This document shows positions 8,976-18,061 of a DNA stretch of 64,000 nucleotides, in pieces (within the stretch, counting starts at the first letter, position 1; each line of letters begins with the position of its first letter). The DNA is taken from sequence record MK327931.1. One strand, written 5' to 3'. This stretch comes from Escherichia phage vB_EcoM_G17. The position numbers were made by a program, and so were the translations under genes. The notes beneath the pieces were generated by a model, which searched no databases, was not told the origin of the DNA, and was given only the letters and a program-made list of their open reading frames with translations.

Positions 8976-9344
8976 CTAACCTCGTTTACGTTTTTTAATT
9001 GTACTGTGCATCTTTTCGAAATAGGGAACCAAAACATATTGAACAGTTTGCCAGATAACCATTAGATTATGCACTGCACCACCAAGGATACCAAACACTA
9101 GAACAATAATTGCCATAATAGGATCACCGTCTACCATACCCCATTTAAAGATATGTAAAATCCAAGCAATGACTAGACAAAATAAACTAAGCCAATACGT
9201 AATGAAAAATCCGGCTTGTAATTCATAATCATCAGCAATTTCATCGTATACCGTTTCTAAAAATGATACACAAAAGAATTTACCAATTATAACCACAGTA
9301 CTAATAAACAGCATAGCAGTTAAGATAATAAGAGCAATTTCCAT
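8976..9344 (-). CDS. small polytopic membrane protein
   Basis: 122 aa; hydrophobic; basic C-terminal tail KKRKRG. Confidence 0.6.
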   Translation of the reverse strand: MEIALIILTAMLFISTVVIIGKFFCVSFLETVYDEIADDYELQAGFFITYWLSLFCLVIAWILHIFKWGMVDGDPIMAIIVLVFGILGGAVHNLMVIWQTVQYVLVPYFEKMHSTIKKRKRG

Positions 9345-9658
9345 TACATCCCTCGTTTACGCTTTTGATTGCGTCTAAATTCTGTTAGTCCACGGCTAAT
9401 CGGCGGCATCAGACTACATAAAAAAGTAACAGTTGTTGGTAGTAACATCAAGTCAATCATTGCTGTATTATCAGGTGGATCACATACCAAATAATACAAA
9501 CAAGTAATACTAATAATGGTTGACCCAATAAAAGGAATACAAAATTCTTTTATCTGTTTTTCAACATAATCAAACATCTTCAGTACAAATAAAAATCCAA
9601 CCCAACACATAATGAAATAGAATGAATACAACGTGTAAATCAATGTTACGATATCCAT
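9344..9658 (-). CDS. small polytopic membrane protein
   Basis: 104 aa; hydrophobic; basic tail RRNQKRKRGM like neighbour. Confidence 0.6.
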   Translation of the reverse strand: MDIVTLIYTLYSFYFIMCWVGFLFVLKMFDYVEKQIKEFCIPFIGSTIISITCLYYLVCDPPDNTAMIDLMLLPTTVTFLCSLMPPISRGLTEFRRNQKRKRGM

Positions 9659-9996
9659 TAGTACCTCGCATCAGGAACTTTAGCACGTAATTTATGAACG
9701 ACTGGGAACAACAACAAACTTACATATGCAATAGTTGAACCCCAATAGAATACTAATACAATTGGTTCACCATTAGAACGGAAACCTCTACTAATCATTG
9801 AGTAGTGAATAATAGGCATAATCATCGCCATACCAAACCATGCGTGTAATTTTAATTGCAGCATGTTATCAGCGATGAATACTGAAATTGGTCGTTTGAA
9901 GAACCACATCAGAAAGTAGAATCCAGCACTAATAATATAGTACAAAGTACTAACTTTCATATACCACGGCAGTAAATCAATAAAGTACTCCATCAT
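9658..9996 (-). CDS. small polytopic membrane protein (paralogue family)
   Basis: 112 aa; WFFKRP after first TM; tail KVPDARY. Confidence 0.6.
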   Translation of the reverse strand: MMEYFIDLLPWYMKVSTLYYIISAGFYFLMWFFKRPISVFIADNMLQLKLHAWFGMAMIMPIIHYSMISRGFRSNGEPIVLVFYWGSTIAYVSLLLFPVVHKLRAKVPDARY

Positions 9997-10340
9997 TCCT
10001 CCGGTATCTTATTTCGAAGTTCAATCATAACACAACAAATTTTAATGGTCAATATAAAAGTTAAACATATCATCCCAAGTGTGCCGTAAACTGCGGAAAA
10101 AGCTGGTAGTACCTTTCCTGTGAGTGTTGCTACAATACATGCAATCAATGTTGATGCAAACAACGATTGATTAATGACAGAATTCATAAAATCTTCACCA
10201 TTACGTTTATAGAATTGTCGTTTAAAATACCATCCTAGAAACATAACTACCCAAAATGATACATAAGTTGTTAGAATAATCCCTGCAAGTGAATGTGCAA
10301 CTGGACTACTCCTTAAAAACTCAAGATAAGCTTCAAACAT
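9993..10340 (-). CDS. small polytopic membrane protein (paralogue family)
   Basis: 115 aa; WYFKRQ after first TM; tail RNKIPEE. Confidence 0.6.
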   Translation of the reverse strand: MFEAYLEFLRSSPVAHSLAGIILTTYVSFWVVMFLGWYFKRQFYKRNGEDFMNSVINQSLFASTLIACIVATLTGKVLPAFSAVYGTLGMICLTFILTIKICCVMIELRNKIPEE

Positions 10341-10678
10341 TAGAAGTCTCCGCGAATTTTATCTCTACCATGAATAATGAGATGGATTAAGTATACAACT
10401 AACCAAATGAACAACCCAAAGAATACAATATATTGTGAGATTGAGTTCAAGTGAGGATTAGCACAATAAATTAAGTGTGCCATAAGACCAACAATTGCAA
10501 ACAAACCTTGAACAAGTGTGTAAAGAACTAGTGATGAATTCCTCACTGGATACAGTTTAAAAACAATTTTCTTTTTAAAATACCATAGTACTACAACTAG
10601 TGCATGATAAAAGAAAAAACCAAACAGATAAATCAAAGTAATACTAATCATTGTATCTGATTTAAAAAATTCTAACAT
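10340..10678 (-). CDS. small polytopic membrane protein (paralogue family)
   Basis: Start at MLEFFKSD aligns with neighbour MREFFESN; WYFKKK motif. Confidence 0.6.
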   Translation of the reverse strand: MLEFFKSDTMISITLIYLFGFFFYHALVVVLWYFKKKIVFKLYPVRNSSLVLYTLVQGLFAIVGLMAHLIYCANPHLNSISQYIVFFGLFIWLVVYLIHLIIHGRDKIRGDF

Positions 10679-11019
10679 TAGAATCCCCATTTAAAGTTAT
10701 TACGAGCTTTAATAATAAAGTACATAGTACACACCAATAACCAGACGATTAGTCCTGAAAACACAACATATTGTGTAATGTGTGGTGTGTTATCAATTTG
10801 TAACATGTAAATCACATATGTCATCACACCAAATAAAATAAACCCACCTTGTATAATGCTATATACAACTAAGAATACATTATCATACGAATACAATTTA
10901 AAAACAACTTTCCTTTTAAAATACCAAAGACTAATTACAATTGAATGATAAAACAAGAATACAAACATGTATATCAGTGTAATACCAAGCATTATATTAG
11001 ATTCAAAAAACTCACGCAT
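10678..11019 (-). CDS. small polytopic membrane protein (paralogue family)
   Basis: 113 aa; clear paralogue of 10340..10678. Confidence 0.65.
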   Translation of the reverse strand: MREFFESNIMLGITLIYMFVFLFYHSIVISLWYFKRKVVFKLYSYDNVFLVVYSIIQGGFILFGVMTYVIYMLQIDNTPHITQYVVFSGLIVWLLVCTMYFIIKARNNFKWGF

Positions 11020-11084
11020 TGGGTGTCTCCAGTGATTAAACTTTTGTTATAGTACTACACATTGTTAGTACTGTCAATATTGAA

Positions 11085-11855
11085 TTAAATTTTCTCAAGG
11101 AACAAGTTTTCGCACTGTTCTTCCCAATCGTATGGGTTGTTGTTATATACTGCCGAAATCAACAGTGGCATACGCAGTGAAGGTGAACGAAGAGAATCTT
11201 CATGTTTTAACATCCAGTTCAGAATTGCTTTACTACCGTTACTGTTAACACCTTTAGATGCAAGGATATTAGTCTTAGTCATTACATTTTCAATATGAAT
11301 CATGATATCACTTTTAGTCTGAATCTGTAAATCCACGTACACAGAACGAGACATAAGAGCAGCATAATGAGCAGACATTTTAGTTTTAGCTTTAGCATCT
11401 AACGCTAAATCTTTGTTAGTAATGAATACGATGCGACCATTAAAATCAAAGCTATTAGGAATTCCGTTAGTGCTCAAGTACTTAGAGCTAGTCATATAAG
11501 ACACGGTACGCTTACCACTATCCAGTACTGCTTTGAGCAGGTTCATACCGTCTTCAGAATCAAAAATACTGTCCATATCGTCCAGTACTAACACGTTGGT
11601 GCTGTGACGATTCTTGTACAGAACTTCGTACAGAGCCAGTGTAGTCATCTTACCACTGATAGTAGCTACGTTCCATTCTGCTGCGTCATGAGCCTTCTGG
11701 AGACGTTGGGACAAGGTGTAAGTCTTACCAACACCAGGAGCACCACTGACAACCATACTTTTTACAGTACTGCTATCATCGAGCAAACACTCAAGAGCAA
11801 CCATCATGGAGTTGAAGTTTTTCTGAATTTGAATGCTGCGTGCTTCTCTGGTCAT
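11085..11855 (-). CDS. P-loop NTPase (AAA-like ATPase)
   Basis: Walker A GAPGVGKT; Walker B-like VLVLDDMD. Confidence 0.7.
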   Translation of the reverse strand: MTREARSIQIQKNFNSMMVALECLLDDSSTVKSMVVSGAPGVGKTYTLSQRLQKAHDAAEWNVATISGKMTTLALYEVLYKNRHSTNVLVLDDMDSIFDSEDGMNLLKAVLDSGKRTVSYMTSSKYLSTNGIPNSFDFNGRIVFITNKDLALDAKAKTKMSAHYAALMSRSVYVDLQIQTKSDIMIHIENVMTKTNILASKGVNSNGSKAILNWMLKHEDSLRSPSLRMPLLISAVYNNNPYDWEEQCENLFLEKI

Positions 11856-11883
11856 TTCTTTACCCTCTTCAGTTGATGAAATG

Positions 11884-11920
11884 ATTATAGCAAAAAGGGC
11901 TGACCGAAGTCAACCCTTTT
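11884..11920 (-). promoter_or_regulatory. Stem-loop embedded in sigma70-like promoter (PeSL-like) / terminator
   Basis: Minus strand reads aaaagGGTTGACttcgGTCAGCCCtttttgcTATAAT: TTGACT, 18-nt spacer containing hairpin, TATAAT; copy 1 of 8. Confidence 0.6.
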
Positions 11921-11923
11921 GTT

Positions 11924-13042
11924 TTAGATAATTTGTACTTCACCATAGATCTGCACGATTTGCTTTCCTGGATTCTCTTCAATGAGTTTAAGGAAAGATT
12001 TCAATGCTCCAATATGGTCTTCATAATACGCAATACGAATGAAGTTATATCCATTTTTTATTGCGTATTCTGTTTTGATTTTATCGTGTTTTTTCCTCAT
12101 AAGTCCGTTTCCCCATCCTGATTCACGTTCTTCAAAGTGATTACTACCATCATATTCAAATAACGTATTAATATCACGAATATAAAAATCATATGGAAGT
12201 TTTGATTTATTTTTTAAATCAGGAAATGTTTTCTCTCTTTCAGTAACAAACATTCCTCTCAAAAACTCTTTACAATCATTATGACCAAATGAGTGTGTTT
12301 CTAATTGGGAACAACATCCACACTTTTGTGCTTGTTTACTAGTAAACGCATAATAGTCTTGATTACACTCGTGTCCTTTATCACATATATATTTTACATA
12401 ATAACGACCATTTGATTTCTTGTAAACTTCTTTTAATGTATATCCTAGTTCATTACAGCGTGTGTTAGCAATTGTTTCACGCATTTCAGGTGTTATAAAA
12501 TATCTAACGTTCATTGATGTTTTTGTAATTATATCATTTATTCTTCGTGGTTGTGTAAATCCATCGGAATATGTGAATTTAATATATGACATTATCCCAT
12601 TGTCTAAATGTTCATTTTCATATATATAGCATCCTCTTTCCTCAAGAGAACCCAATTTGGTTACATAGTAATAATAATTTTCATCTGTATAGGTAAATGA
12701 TGGCTTGAATTTATTGTTTGTTATTTTTTCAAGCTTTGTTTTTAAACCAGTTATTTTATAATTATCATACAATACCCCATTATACATAATCAGTAAATTG
12801 TTATTACTATTTCCGTTTTTACCAAACTCACGTGATGATTTAACTGATAATCCAATAATAGTAATATTGTCAATATCTTTGTTTTTTAATTTTGCTTCTA
12901 TGTCATCAACATGATCCTTAGCAGTGAGTCCTTTTGAAACCCTTTTTATATCTTCAGGCTTCATCCATTCAAAACGCATACCAAGTTCTTCATGAAAATA
13001 AACTTTTTCACCATCTTCATTTAAATAATACTGTTCAAACAT
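11924..13042 (-). CDS. Putative endonuclease with C-terminal Vsr/DUF559-like PD-(D/E)XK domain (possible homing endonuclease)
   Basis: 372 aa; C-terminus PYDFYIRDINTLFEYDGSNHFE...NGYNFIRI matches DUF559 pattern; Cys cluster CDKGHEC...CGCC. Confidence 0.55.
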   Translation of the reverse strand: MFEQYYLNEDGEKVYFHEELGMRFEWMKPEDIKRVSKGLTAKDHVDDIEAKLKNKDIDNITIIGLSVKSSREFGKNGNSNNNLLIMYNGVLYDNYKITGLKTKLEKITNNKFKPSFTYTDENYYYYVTKLGSLEERGCYIYENEHLDNGIMSYIKFTYSDGFTQPRRINDIITKTSMNVRYFITPEMRETIANTRCNELGYTLKEVYKKSNGRYYVKYICDKGHECNQDYYAFTSKQAQKCGCCSQLETHSFGHNDCKEFLRGMFVTEREKTFPDLKNKSKLPYDFYIRDINTLFEYDGSNHFEERESGWGNGLMRKKHDKIKTEYAIKNGYNFIRIAYYEDHIGALKSFLKLIEENPGKQIVQIYGEVQII

Positions 13043-13271
13043 TACTTAATACTCCTTTCCAGTACTGAACCCGTCCAGCACCATTAATCTTAGCTTTAAT
13101 CTTATCTTTTTCGACAAGACCTTCTTTGAAATCGATGGAAGTATTATCGCACTGAATTACATCTAAGTCAAGTACTTCTTGTGTACTTAATGAAGTATTA
13201 TCTGCAATTTGTTGTAAAGTAATTACATCAGTACCGAAGAATTCAGCTAATCGTATAAAAGATAGTTTCAT
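13035..13271 (-). CDS. hypothetical protein (78 aa)
   Basis: ORF in co-oriented array. Confidence 0.5.
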   Translation of the reverse strand: MKLSFIRLAEFFGTDVITLQQIADNTSLSTQEVLDLDVIQCDNTSIDFKEGLVEKDKIKAKINGAGRVQYWKGVLSNV

Positions 13272-13297
13272 TTGTTACCTCTTGTGTTGATGAAATA

Positions 13298-13334
13298 ATT
13301 ATAGCAAAAAGGGCTGACCGAAGTCAACCCTTTA
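13298..13334 (-). promoter_or_regulatory. PeSL-like stem-loop/promoter (copy 2)
   Basis: Same 45-bp element as at 11884: gggctgaccgaagtcaaccc + attata. Confidence 0.6.
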
Positions 13335-13336
13335 TG

Positions 13337-13696
13337 TTATTCTAATTCACTCATAGTACTAATAGTTAATCCCATTTCTTCTGCAATGTTGCATAACATA
13401 CCAACTGCATTACGAAGAATATCAGTGTTGTCCACCGATAATGATGAGTTTTCATTTACAGTTGAAGACTCAATGTAGTACTCAAAATAACGAGAAGTTG
13501 AACGCACAACTTTAACACCTTCATAGTTCTGTAGTTCAGAGTTGATACGCTCGATGAGCGAATCTTCCAGTACTCGATAGTCACCATTCATTCCACGTTT
13601 CCATCCATCAGCAGGACGGAAATAAAAAGTTTTTGTACGTTGAATTGTTGAGATTGTTAGTGGGTTGTATTCTGCGATTTCACTTAAAGATGCCAT
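13337..13696 (-). CDS. hypothetical protein (119 aa)
   Basis: ORF after PeSL promoter; no motif. Confidence 0.55.
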   Translation of the reverse strand: MASLSEIAEYNPLTISTIQRTKTFYFRPADGWKRGMNGDYRVLEDSLIERINSELQNYEGVKVVRSTSRYFEYYIESSTVNENSSLSVDNTDILRNAVGMLCNIAEEMGLTISTMSELE

Positions 13697-13802
13697 GTTG
13701 TATTCCTCATTTGGTGATGTACATAATACAGAAAGATAGAACAGGTGTCAATGTTTATATATCAAATATCCAAATACTTTGGTGTATCACATACTACATC
13801 AA

Positions 13803-13997
13803 CTAATCCTCGCTGAAGACAACAAGAAGGAATGACACGAACAATGCCGCATAACAAGGAGCTATCTTCATGTACCACGGGACTTCATAATACCATGTAC
13901 CTAATTCATCCCACGAAAAGAGTATACTCAAACCGAAGCCGATTAGCGATAGTACAATAAAAGAAATCCAGAAACGCGTTGAATATACTAATAACAT
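13803..13997 (-). CDS. small membrane protein (64 aa)
   Basis: Two hydrophobic segments. Confidence 0.45.
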   Translation of the reverse strand: MLLVYSTRFWISFIVLSLIGFGLSILFSWDELGTWYYEVPWYMKIAPCYAALFVSFLLVVFSED

Positions 13998-14035
13998 GTT
14001 ATGTTCCTTTGTGTAACCGAAGTCAACCCTTTCCT

Positions 14036-14551
14036 TTAATAATTATTCATTTCATCTTTGATTTGTTCTTCAATTTCGTCGAACATATCAGTACTAGATT
14101 CGTTCTTACTACTTACGTTCTGCATATCTTTAACGTACTGTGGACATTCAACATCAGTAAACTTATACCACGTAGGCTTCATCTGGAGCTTCTCAATCAA
14201 ACGATCACGAGACATTTTAATCTCTGACTCCGTTGGTACGTAGTCATTACAAAACTCAGTAGGGAAGCCGCTAATGTCGTTTACTTCAGTGTTTTGAATC
14301 TTCATACCACGACGCAGACATTCGTTGACAATATCAATATGACGCTTCTGTAAGTACAATAACTTGTCGTAAAAGAATGTCACATGACCTGAACCTAACA
14401 GATAAGTACTATTAATTTTGAAATCACGTACACGCTTACGTGCTTGAACGTGTTTTTGTACAGCACCAAATACACGTGGGAGTTCACGATATTCAGCCAT
14501 CAGATGTTGGTCAGCAAGTTCTTTAACGTGTACTAAGTTAATGCGTGTCAT
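14036..14551 (-). CDS. denV: Endonuclease V (pyrimidine-dimer DNA glycosylase), T4 DenV-like
   Basis: N-terminus [31 protein letters not shown]...VRDFKI...[10 protein letters not shown] closely matches T4 endo V from memory; 171 aa, so C-terminus longer than T4's. Confidence 0.9.
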   Translation of the reverse strand: MTRINLVHVKELADQHLMAEYRELPRVFGAVQKHVQARKRVRDFKINSTYLLGSGHVTFFYDKLLYLQKRHIDIVNECLRRGMKIQNTEVNDISGFPTEFCNDYVPTESEIKMSRDRLIEKLQMKPTWYKFTDVECPQYVKDMQNVSSKNESSTDMFDEIEEQIKDEMNNY

Positions 14552-14579
14552 GTATTCATCCTCTCGTCTTGATGAAATA

Positions 14580-14616
14580 ATTATAGCAAAAAGGGCTGAC
14601 CGAAGTCAACCCTTTT
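14580..14616 (-). promoter_or_regulatory. PeSL-like stem-loop/promoter (copy 3)
   Basis: gatgaaataattatagcaaaaagggctgaccgaagtcaaccc, upstream of denV. Confidence 0.6.
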
Positions 14617-14618
14617 CT

Positions 14619-14888
14619 TTATTCAATGATCCCCAACTTCACAATCTCATACCCGTCCAGATAGCCGTAGGAACACTCAGGTGTTTCATAAGATGAACCA
14701 TCATGGATGCCCTGGCATTGACTTTTGGAATTCTCAAGCAATCGTTGCAGTACTGATACGTCATCAAGAACGTAATACAAGTTAGCATATAGGTCAGTTA
14801 CAATACAGTACTCCAACATATCAAATGTATCAATCGAAATTTCAACCTTAGCAAATCGTTTCTTTTCTTTATTATACAGTGCGTACAT
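14619..14888 (-). CDS. hypothetical protein (89 aa)
   Basis: Start MYALYNK placed directly after upstream stop (TAATATG). Confidence 0.5.
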   Translation of the reverse strand: MYALYNKEKKRFAKVEISIDTFDMLEYCIVTDLYANLYYVLDDVSVLQRLLENSKSQCQGIHDGSSYETPECSYGYLDGYEIVKLGIIE

Positions 14889-14889
14889 A

Positions 14890-15306
14890 TTAATCTCCAT
14901 AATCAAGTTTAACTAACTTACCACCCAGATACCCAAAGTTTTCTGGCTTCGCATCTGAATAGAAGAAGTCAGTACTTAACTCTGAATTCAATGCTAAAGC
15001 ACACAACTCCACCCAAAATAAACCCCTATGTTGAACTGGCTTACAACGTTTCTGTACAGTTACTAGTCCAGTACATGATGACCACAACGTAGGACAGATA
15101 CTACTATCACTACGATTGGAGTACTGCATCCACGAACGTTCATTGAGGTTAGCTATCATCCCTGTTAAGAATAGCTTCCAACTTTTAAAGGTTGGAATCT
15201 TGATAGCATATTCCCCAATGAGGATAACAGTTCGTGTTGCACCTTTCAAATCTATATTCATATTTTTAATTAGAAGAACACAAACCAAGTCCAGAACAAA
15301 TTCCAC
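14890..15306 (-). CDS. Protein-kinase-like mini protein (N-lobe plus catalytic loop only)
   Basis: LIGEYAIKIP (VAIK-like) and FYSDAKPENFGYLGGKLVKLDYGD (D-x-KPEN ... DFG-like); ORF ends right after DYG; start may be internal MNIDLKG at 15261. Confidence 0.5.
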   Translation of the reverse strand: MEFVLDLVCVLLIKNMNIDLKGATRTVILIGEYAIKIPTFKSWKLFLTGMIANLNERSWMQYSNRSDSSICPTLWSSCTGLVTVQKRCKPVQHRGLFWVELCALALNSELSTDFFYSDAKPENFGYLGGKLVKLDYGD

Positions 15307-15521
15307 ATTACAAATAAAGACATAGTGGTTTTATGTACAATATCAGCAGTACTGGTCCATCCTCCACCGTGTCCTATTCCATTTATGAATAGAACTAAGA
15401 ACAAGATACCATTTACTACAATAGTACATACTAAGTACACAAATACATTCCATGCAAGTCCAGGGGATACTAAAGTAAATGGTAAAACTATTAGTAGTAT
15501 TAGAACTAATAATATTTTCAT
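15270..15521 (-). CDS. small membrane protein (83 aa)
   Basis: Hydrophobic; overlaps upstream ORF start, so boundaries uncertain. Confidence 0.45.
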   Translation of the reverse strand: MKILLVLILLIVLPFTLVSPGLAWNVFVYLVCTIVVNGILFLVLFINGIGHGGGWTSTADIVHKTTMSLFVMWNLFWTWFVFF

Positions 15522-15560
15522 TTATCGCCTCACTTAATTAACGTGACATATCACGTAATA

Positions 15561-15737
15561 TTAGTACGAATCAGATTCCCAGTACTCGATTGCTTCTTTC
15601 AGCAATTCTTTAGCACGTTGTTTTGCAATGCGAGCGGGGAACTGATATGTGTACATTAACTGACGCTTCACTTCATTCAGTGAAAGCTGTTCATGGTACA
15701 GTGCATCCATCAGTCGATTACGAGTACGTAGTTTCAT
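15561..15737 (-). CDS. hypothetical small protein (58 aa), not in ORF track
   Basis: MKLRTRNRLMDALYHEQLSLNEVKRQLM...; RBS aaggataa upstream. Confidence 0.4.
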   Translation of the reverse strand: MKLRTRNRLMDALYHEQLSLNEVKRQLMYTYQFPARIAKQRAKELLKEAIEYWESDSY

Positions 15738-15748
15738 ATAAGTTATCC

Positions 15749-16303
15749 TTATTTCAAAGAATCATAGTAAGCAGTGTCAAAGATTGGAGTCATAATAACA
15801 TAGTCAATACGGTCAATGTAAGTTGAACTCCACATTTCTGGTTTGTCATATAACTGACGCTCGCGTTCATTCATACGAGTCAGTACTTCTTCCAATTTAC
15901 TACGTGAATCCATCAATGTATTACTCGAACCATAAGTGAAGTACTCAGTCCAATGATATTCATATTCAGTACTGATAGATTGAATAGTACCATCTTTGAA
16001 ATGAGCTAAGGCATAACCTTTCTCTACAAAGTTATCAGGTGGAAGAACACCATCTGGATTAGTTTTCAATGCTTGTGCTAACTTTTCTTTAATTTCATTT
16101 AACGTGCATACTGAACGAATGTTCTTCAGGTTTGATACTTGAAAATCACTGTACTTTCCAAAGAAAAAGACACGCCAATCTTTAGGTTCATTATCAGATA
16201 CGGTAGCATCAGGGTGATGGGCGAGTAAACGAAGAAGGCCAGCTTTGTGACCGTTAATGTAGATTTCATGGATGTGGTTAGCAGTTTTCTTAAAAGTAAT
16301 CAT
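15749..16303 (-). CDS. hypothetical protein (184 aa)
   Basis: ORF downstream of consensus promoter at 16351. Confidence 0.6.
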   Translation of the reverse strand: MITFKKTANHIHEIYINGHKAGLLRLLAHHPDATVSDNEPKDWRVFFFGKYSDFQVSNLKNIRSVCTLNEIKEKLAQALKTNPDGVLPPDNFVEKGYALAHFKDGTIQSISTEYEYHWTEYFTYGSSNTLMDSRSKLEEVLTRMNERERQLYDKPEMWSSTYIDRIDYVIMTPIFDTAYYDSLK

Positions 16304-16350
16304 GGTAGTTCCTCGATTGTAGGGATGAGAAGTTCATCCCCTTGATAAGC

Positions 16351-16378
16351 ATTATACAGTACTGAATGTGTTTGTCAA
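16351..16378 (-). promoter_or_regulatory. sigma70-like promoter TTGACA-N16-TATAAT with CAGTACTG abutting -10
   Basis: Minus strand: TTGACAaacacattCAGTACTGTATAAT. Confidence 0.6.
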
Positions 16379-16379
16379 C

Positions 16380-16775
16380 TCAAAATAAATTCATTTCATG
16401 TGCGTATTGTGGTTCAAGATAAGATAAGTTTTTGAAACTGTCTTTCAATTCTGCATCATCTACGTACACAGTACCAGGTACATTCCCCATAGTGAAGCCA
16501 ACCCAAACAGTCATGTTTCCAGTTCCTAAGCGGGGCATTGATAGCGTCCCGTCAGGTGAAACATCAAACGCTACACTAAAGTCATCCGTTACAACTTCCG
16601 AACCATTTTCCAGAATAATACAACCACGTTCTTTAAGCTTCTGAATGTGGATAGAAGCCTCTACTGCACGTTTAAAGTTATAGTAAGACTCTTTATCCTC
16701 AAACATAGATTGTTTAACCAGACGCTTGTTTAGCTCGGTTACTTTGTACATTTGTCGCATTACTTCAACTCCCAC
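16380..16775 (-). CDS. hypothetical protein (131 aa)
   Basis: ORF in array. Confidence 0.55.
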   Translation of the reverse strand: MGVEVMRQMYKVTELNKRLVKQSMFEDKESYYNFKRAVEASIHIQKLKERGCIILENGSEVVTDDFSVAFDVSPDGTLSMPRLGTGNMTVWVGFTMGNVPGTVYVDDAELKDSFKNLSYLEPQYAHEMNLF

Positions 16776-17014
16776 AGTTGTAGAATTTCATAAGAGCCTG
16801 GTGGTGCTGGATTGATAATCTCAGGGTATTCAGTACTGTTAGGATTACCACCAGCATTGAACTCAGCAAGTAATAATTCGAGTTCATTCCTATCATGTAC
16901 AACAAACACGCAATATCCAGTTCCTTCTTCAAGAACTGTAGTTGACCCCGCACAATCCCATACGGTATCAATACATAATAATTCTTTAGTGTTTTTATTA
17001 CGCAACGCAAACAT
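16760..17014 (-). CDS. hypothetical protein (84 aa)
   Basis: Balanced composition; preferred over overlapping 16765..17178 frame. Confidence 0.5.
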   Translation of the reverse strand: MFALRNKNTKELLCIDTVWDCAGSTTVLEEGTGYCVFVVHDRNELELLLAEFNAGGNPNSTEYPEIINPAPPGSYEILQLWELK

Positions 17015-17023
17015 ATTTGTCTC

Positions 17024-17392
17024 CTATCGATTCGGCATATTCTTTCGTAGTCGCAAGAGAAATTCAACCACTGACCATGTTGTAATGAAGGCAATATAAG
17101 TTGCAAGGAATCCAGTAAGAATAAATGCAACCAGCGTACTACCATTTGGGGAATCAGTTTTAATGCCGATGACACCATCGGCTACAGTGAAACATGTAGC
17201 CATTAATGTGTAACCTACGTACAACACAAAGAAAAACTCATTCTCCATTGAAGGATAGAAACGGTTAAACACTTTATAAAATTTAAAGTACAGTAGGATT
17301 ATACCAACAAAGGCATAGAATGTAAACAGTGTTGTTATAATATATGAGATTAGGTTCAAATTATACATATCAACGCTCCGGTAGATTATCAC
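17024..17392 (-). CDS. small polytopic membrane protein (paralogue family, tail NMPNR)
   Basis: Hydrophobic; paralogue of next two ORFs; start may be MYNLNL at 17368. Confidence 0.6.
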   Translation of the reverse strand: MIIYRSVDMYNLNLISYIITTLFTFYAFVGIILLYFKFYKVFNRFYPSMENEFFFVLYVGYTLMATCFTVADGVIGIKTDSPNGSTLVAFILTGFLATYIAFITTWSVVEFLLRLRKNMPNR

Positions 17393-17717
17393 GTAATGTT
17401 TTAATTCGATGATACATTTTCATACCAATATTACCAAAGATACCATATCCAAGTACTAAAATGTATGCGATAAGCATAGTAATAATTACTATAGTACCAA
17501 AACTATAATGTACACTACTGATACCCATTGTAGTTTCAACGATTATTTGAGAAACTGAAAGAATCAAAAGTACAACTACAATTGGATGATTTGGGTACAT
17601 TCGGTTGAACAACGTTTTGTACTTAAAGAAGCACAGTACTCCACCAAATAAGAAGTAAACAATGTAAATGCAAGCAACAGCATAGGCAAACATGTTAGTG
17701 TAATAAATCATTACCAA
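17370..17717 (-). CDS. small polytopic membrane protein (paralogue family, tail NLPER)
   Basis: 115 aa; hydrophobic. Confidence 0.6.
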   Translation of the reverse strand: MVMIYYTNMFAYAVACIYIVYFLFGGVLCFFKYKTLFNRMYPNHPIVVVLLILSVSQIIVETTMGISSVHYSFGTIVIITMLIAYILVLGYGIFGNIGMKMYHRIKTLRDNLPER

Positions 17718-17720
17718 TCC

Positions 17721-18059
17721 TTACTTTTCAGGGATATTAGAACGCCATATATCAATGCGATGAACTAGTCCAAAGAACAACCATACTGGAACGGCAGCTA
17801 TCATAACAACAAATGAAAACCCAGTCAAGACCGATACCAGATTTAATTCATCAGTACTATACCCACATATCAGTACTTCTAATATTCCCCACGTACATGC
17901 ACAAAACATCAAGAATGAAATTGGGGCATCATAGTAGATACGTTCATATAAAGTAGTGTATCGGAAGAATGCAATAATGTAGCAAAACATATAATACACC
18001 CAAACCAAAGATACTACATAAAATGATACTTTGTTTATTAATTCAAAATATTGTTCCAT
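17721..18059 (-). CDS. small polytopic membrane protein (paralogue family, tail NIPEK)
   Basis: 112 aa; hydrophobic. Confidence 0.6.
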   Translation of the reverse strand: MEQYFELINKVSFYVVSLVWVYYMFCYIIAFFRYTTLYERIYYDAPISFLMFCACTWGILEVLICGYSTDELNLVSVLTGFSFVVMIAAVPVWLFFGLVHRIDIWRSNIPEK

Positions 18060-18061
18060 TT

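Noticed and set aside
16765-17178. Minus-strand ORF 16765..17178 (137 aa)
   Set aside because: Alternative frame overlapping both 16760..17014 and the membrane-protein gene 17024..17392; Leu/Cys-rich composition unlike neighbours.
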